Below, piece by piece: positions 63,454-64,000 of a DNA stretch of 64,000 bases. Source of the DNA: Camelus ferus (Eukaryota). The notes under the pieces are model-generated. The model searched no databases, was not told the origin of the DNA, and saw only the letters and a program-made list of their open reading frames with translations. Location of the stretch: contig NC_045697.1 in NCBI RefSeq assembly GCF_009834535.1, positions 15,750,001-15,814,000 of the forward strand, written 5' to 3'. Both the position numbers and the translations under genes were made by a program. Every line of letters begins with the position of its first letter. Positions within the stretch are counted from its first letter, which is position 1.

Positions 63454-63542
63454 AAATAAAGGTGTTAATAGTCCAGGAAATAAGAAATCAGAGCTCCAAA
63501 CAAAATGATCTCTGCAACTGCTGGTATCCAATAAAAAGGGAG

Positions 63543-64000
63543 AGTGGAAAATGCCACTGGACTTTTGATAGGAATTGCACTGATTCTGTAGATTGCTTTG
63601 GGTAGTGTGGTTATTTTAACCATATTAATTTTCCCAGTCCATGAACACTGGATATCTTTCCATTTATTTGTGTCTTCCCAAATTTCTTTTATCACTGTTG
63701 GTGGGCATGTAAATTAGTGCAGCCACTATGGAAAACAACATGGAGTTTTCTCAAGAAGTTAAAAGTAGGTTTACCGTATGATCTAGTAATTTCACTACTG
63801 GGTATCAATCTGAAGAAAATAAAAACACTAATTTGAAAAGATATTCACACTCCTACATTTACTGCAGCAGTTATTCACAATAGTCAAAATATGGAAACAA
63901 GATAGGTGTCCATTGATGGGTGAATGGATAAAGAAGATGTGGTGCATATGTAAGTAGTATGCAATGGAATACTACTCAGACATAAAAAACCCTGAAATCT
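63543..64000 (+). mobile_element. L1 with 5' inversion; runs off the window end
   Basis: 63543-63699 is antisense ORF2 ([42 protein letters not shown]); 63693-64000 is sense ORF2 C-terminus (cactgttggtggg..gcagccactatggaaaac..atggaatactactcag). Confidence 0.9.

Noticed and set aside
1..64000. CRISPR array, operon, prophage or other prokaryote-type system; processed pseudogene; NUMT; endogenous viral coding sequence
   Set aside because: I saw no regularly spaced repeat-spacer array, no long ORFs, and no recognisable non-L1 peptide, mitochondrial sequence or gag/pol/env. The window reads as eutherian non-coding DNA.

Overview
This is mammalian non-coding genomic DNA, AT-rich and CpG-depleted, most likely from a camelid (alpaca, llama or camel). 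That call rests on three tRNA-Ala(AGC)-derived SINEs with the Vic-1 layout, artiodactyl-type L1 3' UTRs, and no Alu, B1, Bov-tA, PRE-1 or Can-SINE. I can support no host protein-coding gene, RNA gene or CRISPR array. Every long ORF in the track is a broken L1 ORF2 remnant, its antisense frame, or a chance ORF. A large share of the window is transposon fossil: L1s of several ages, MaLR/ERVL/ERV1 solo LTRs, hAT and Tigger DNA transposons, MIR, L2 and microsatellites. I found no convincing new biological system. The best leads are: (1) an L1 with its 5'UTR fused directly to mid-RT, lacking a 3' end but bounded by an apparent TSD (50104-53388); (2) two twin-primed, 5'-inverted L1 insertions; (3) a multi-layer nested TE cluster (25836-28309) containing a MER53 hairpin with a miR-1302-like arm; (4) a TE-free cluster of TAATTG and E-box motifs that looks like a developmental enhancer (~35.0-35.7 kb); (5) a small CpG-retaining patch (~58.1 kb); (6) a minus-strand bias of L1s and SINEs, hinting at an intron of a + strand transcript, with two candidate exons. 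Repeat family names come from memory of consensus sequences, not a database search. Boundaries of old elements are approximate.
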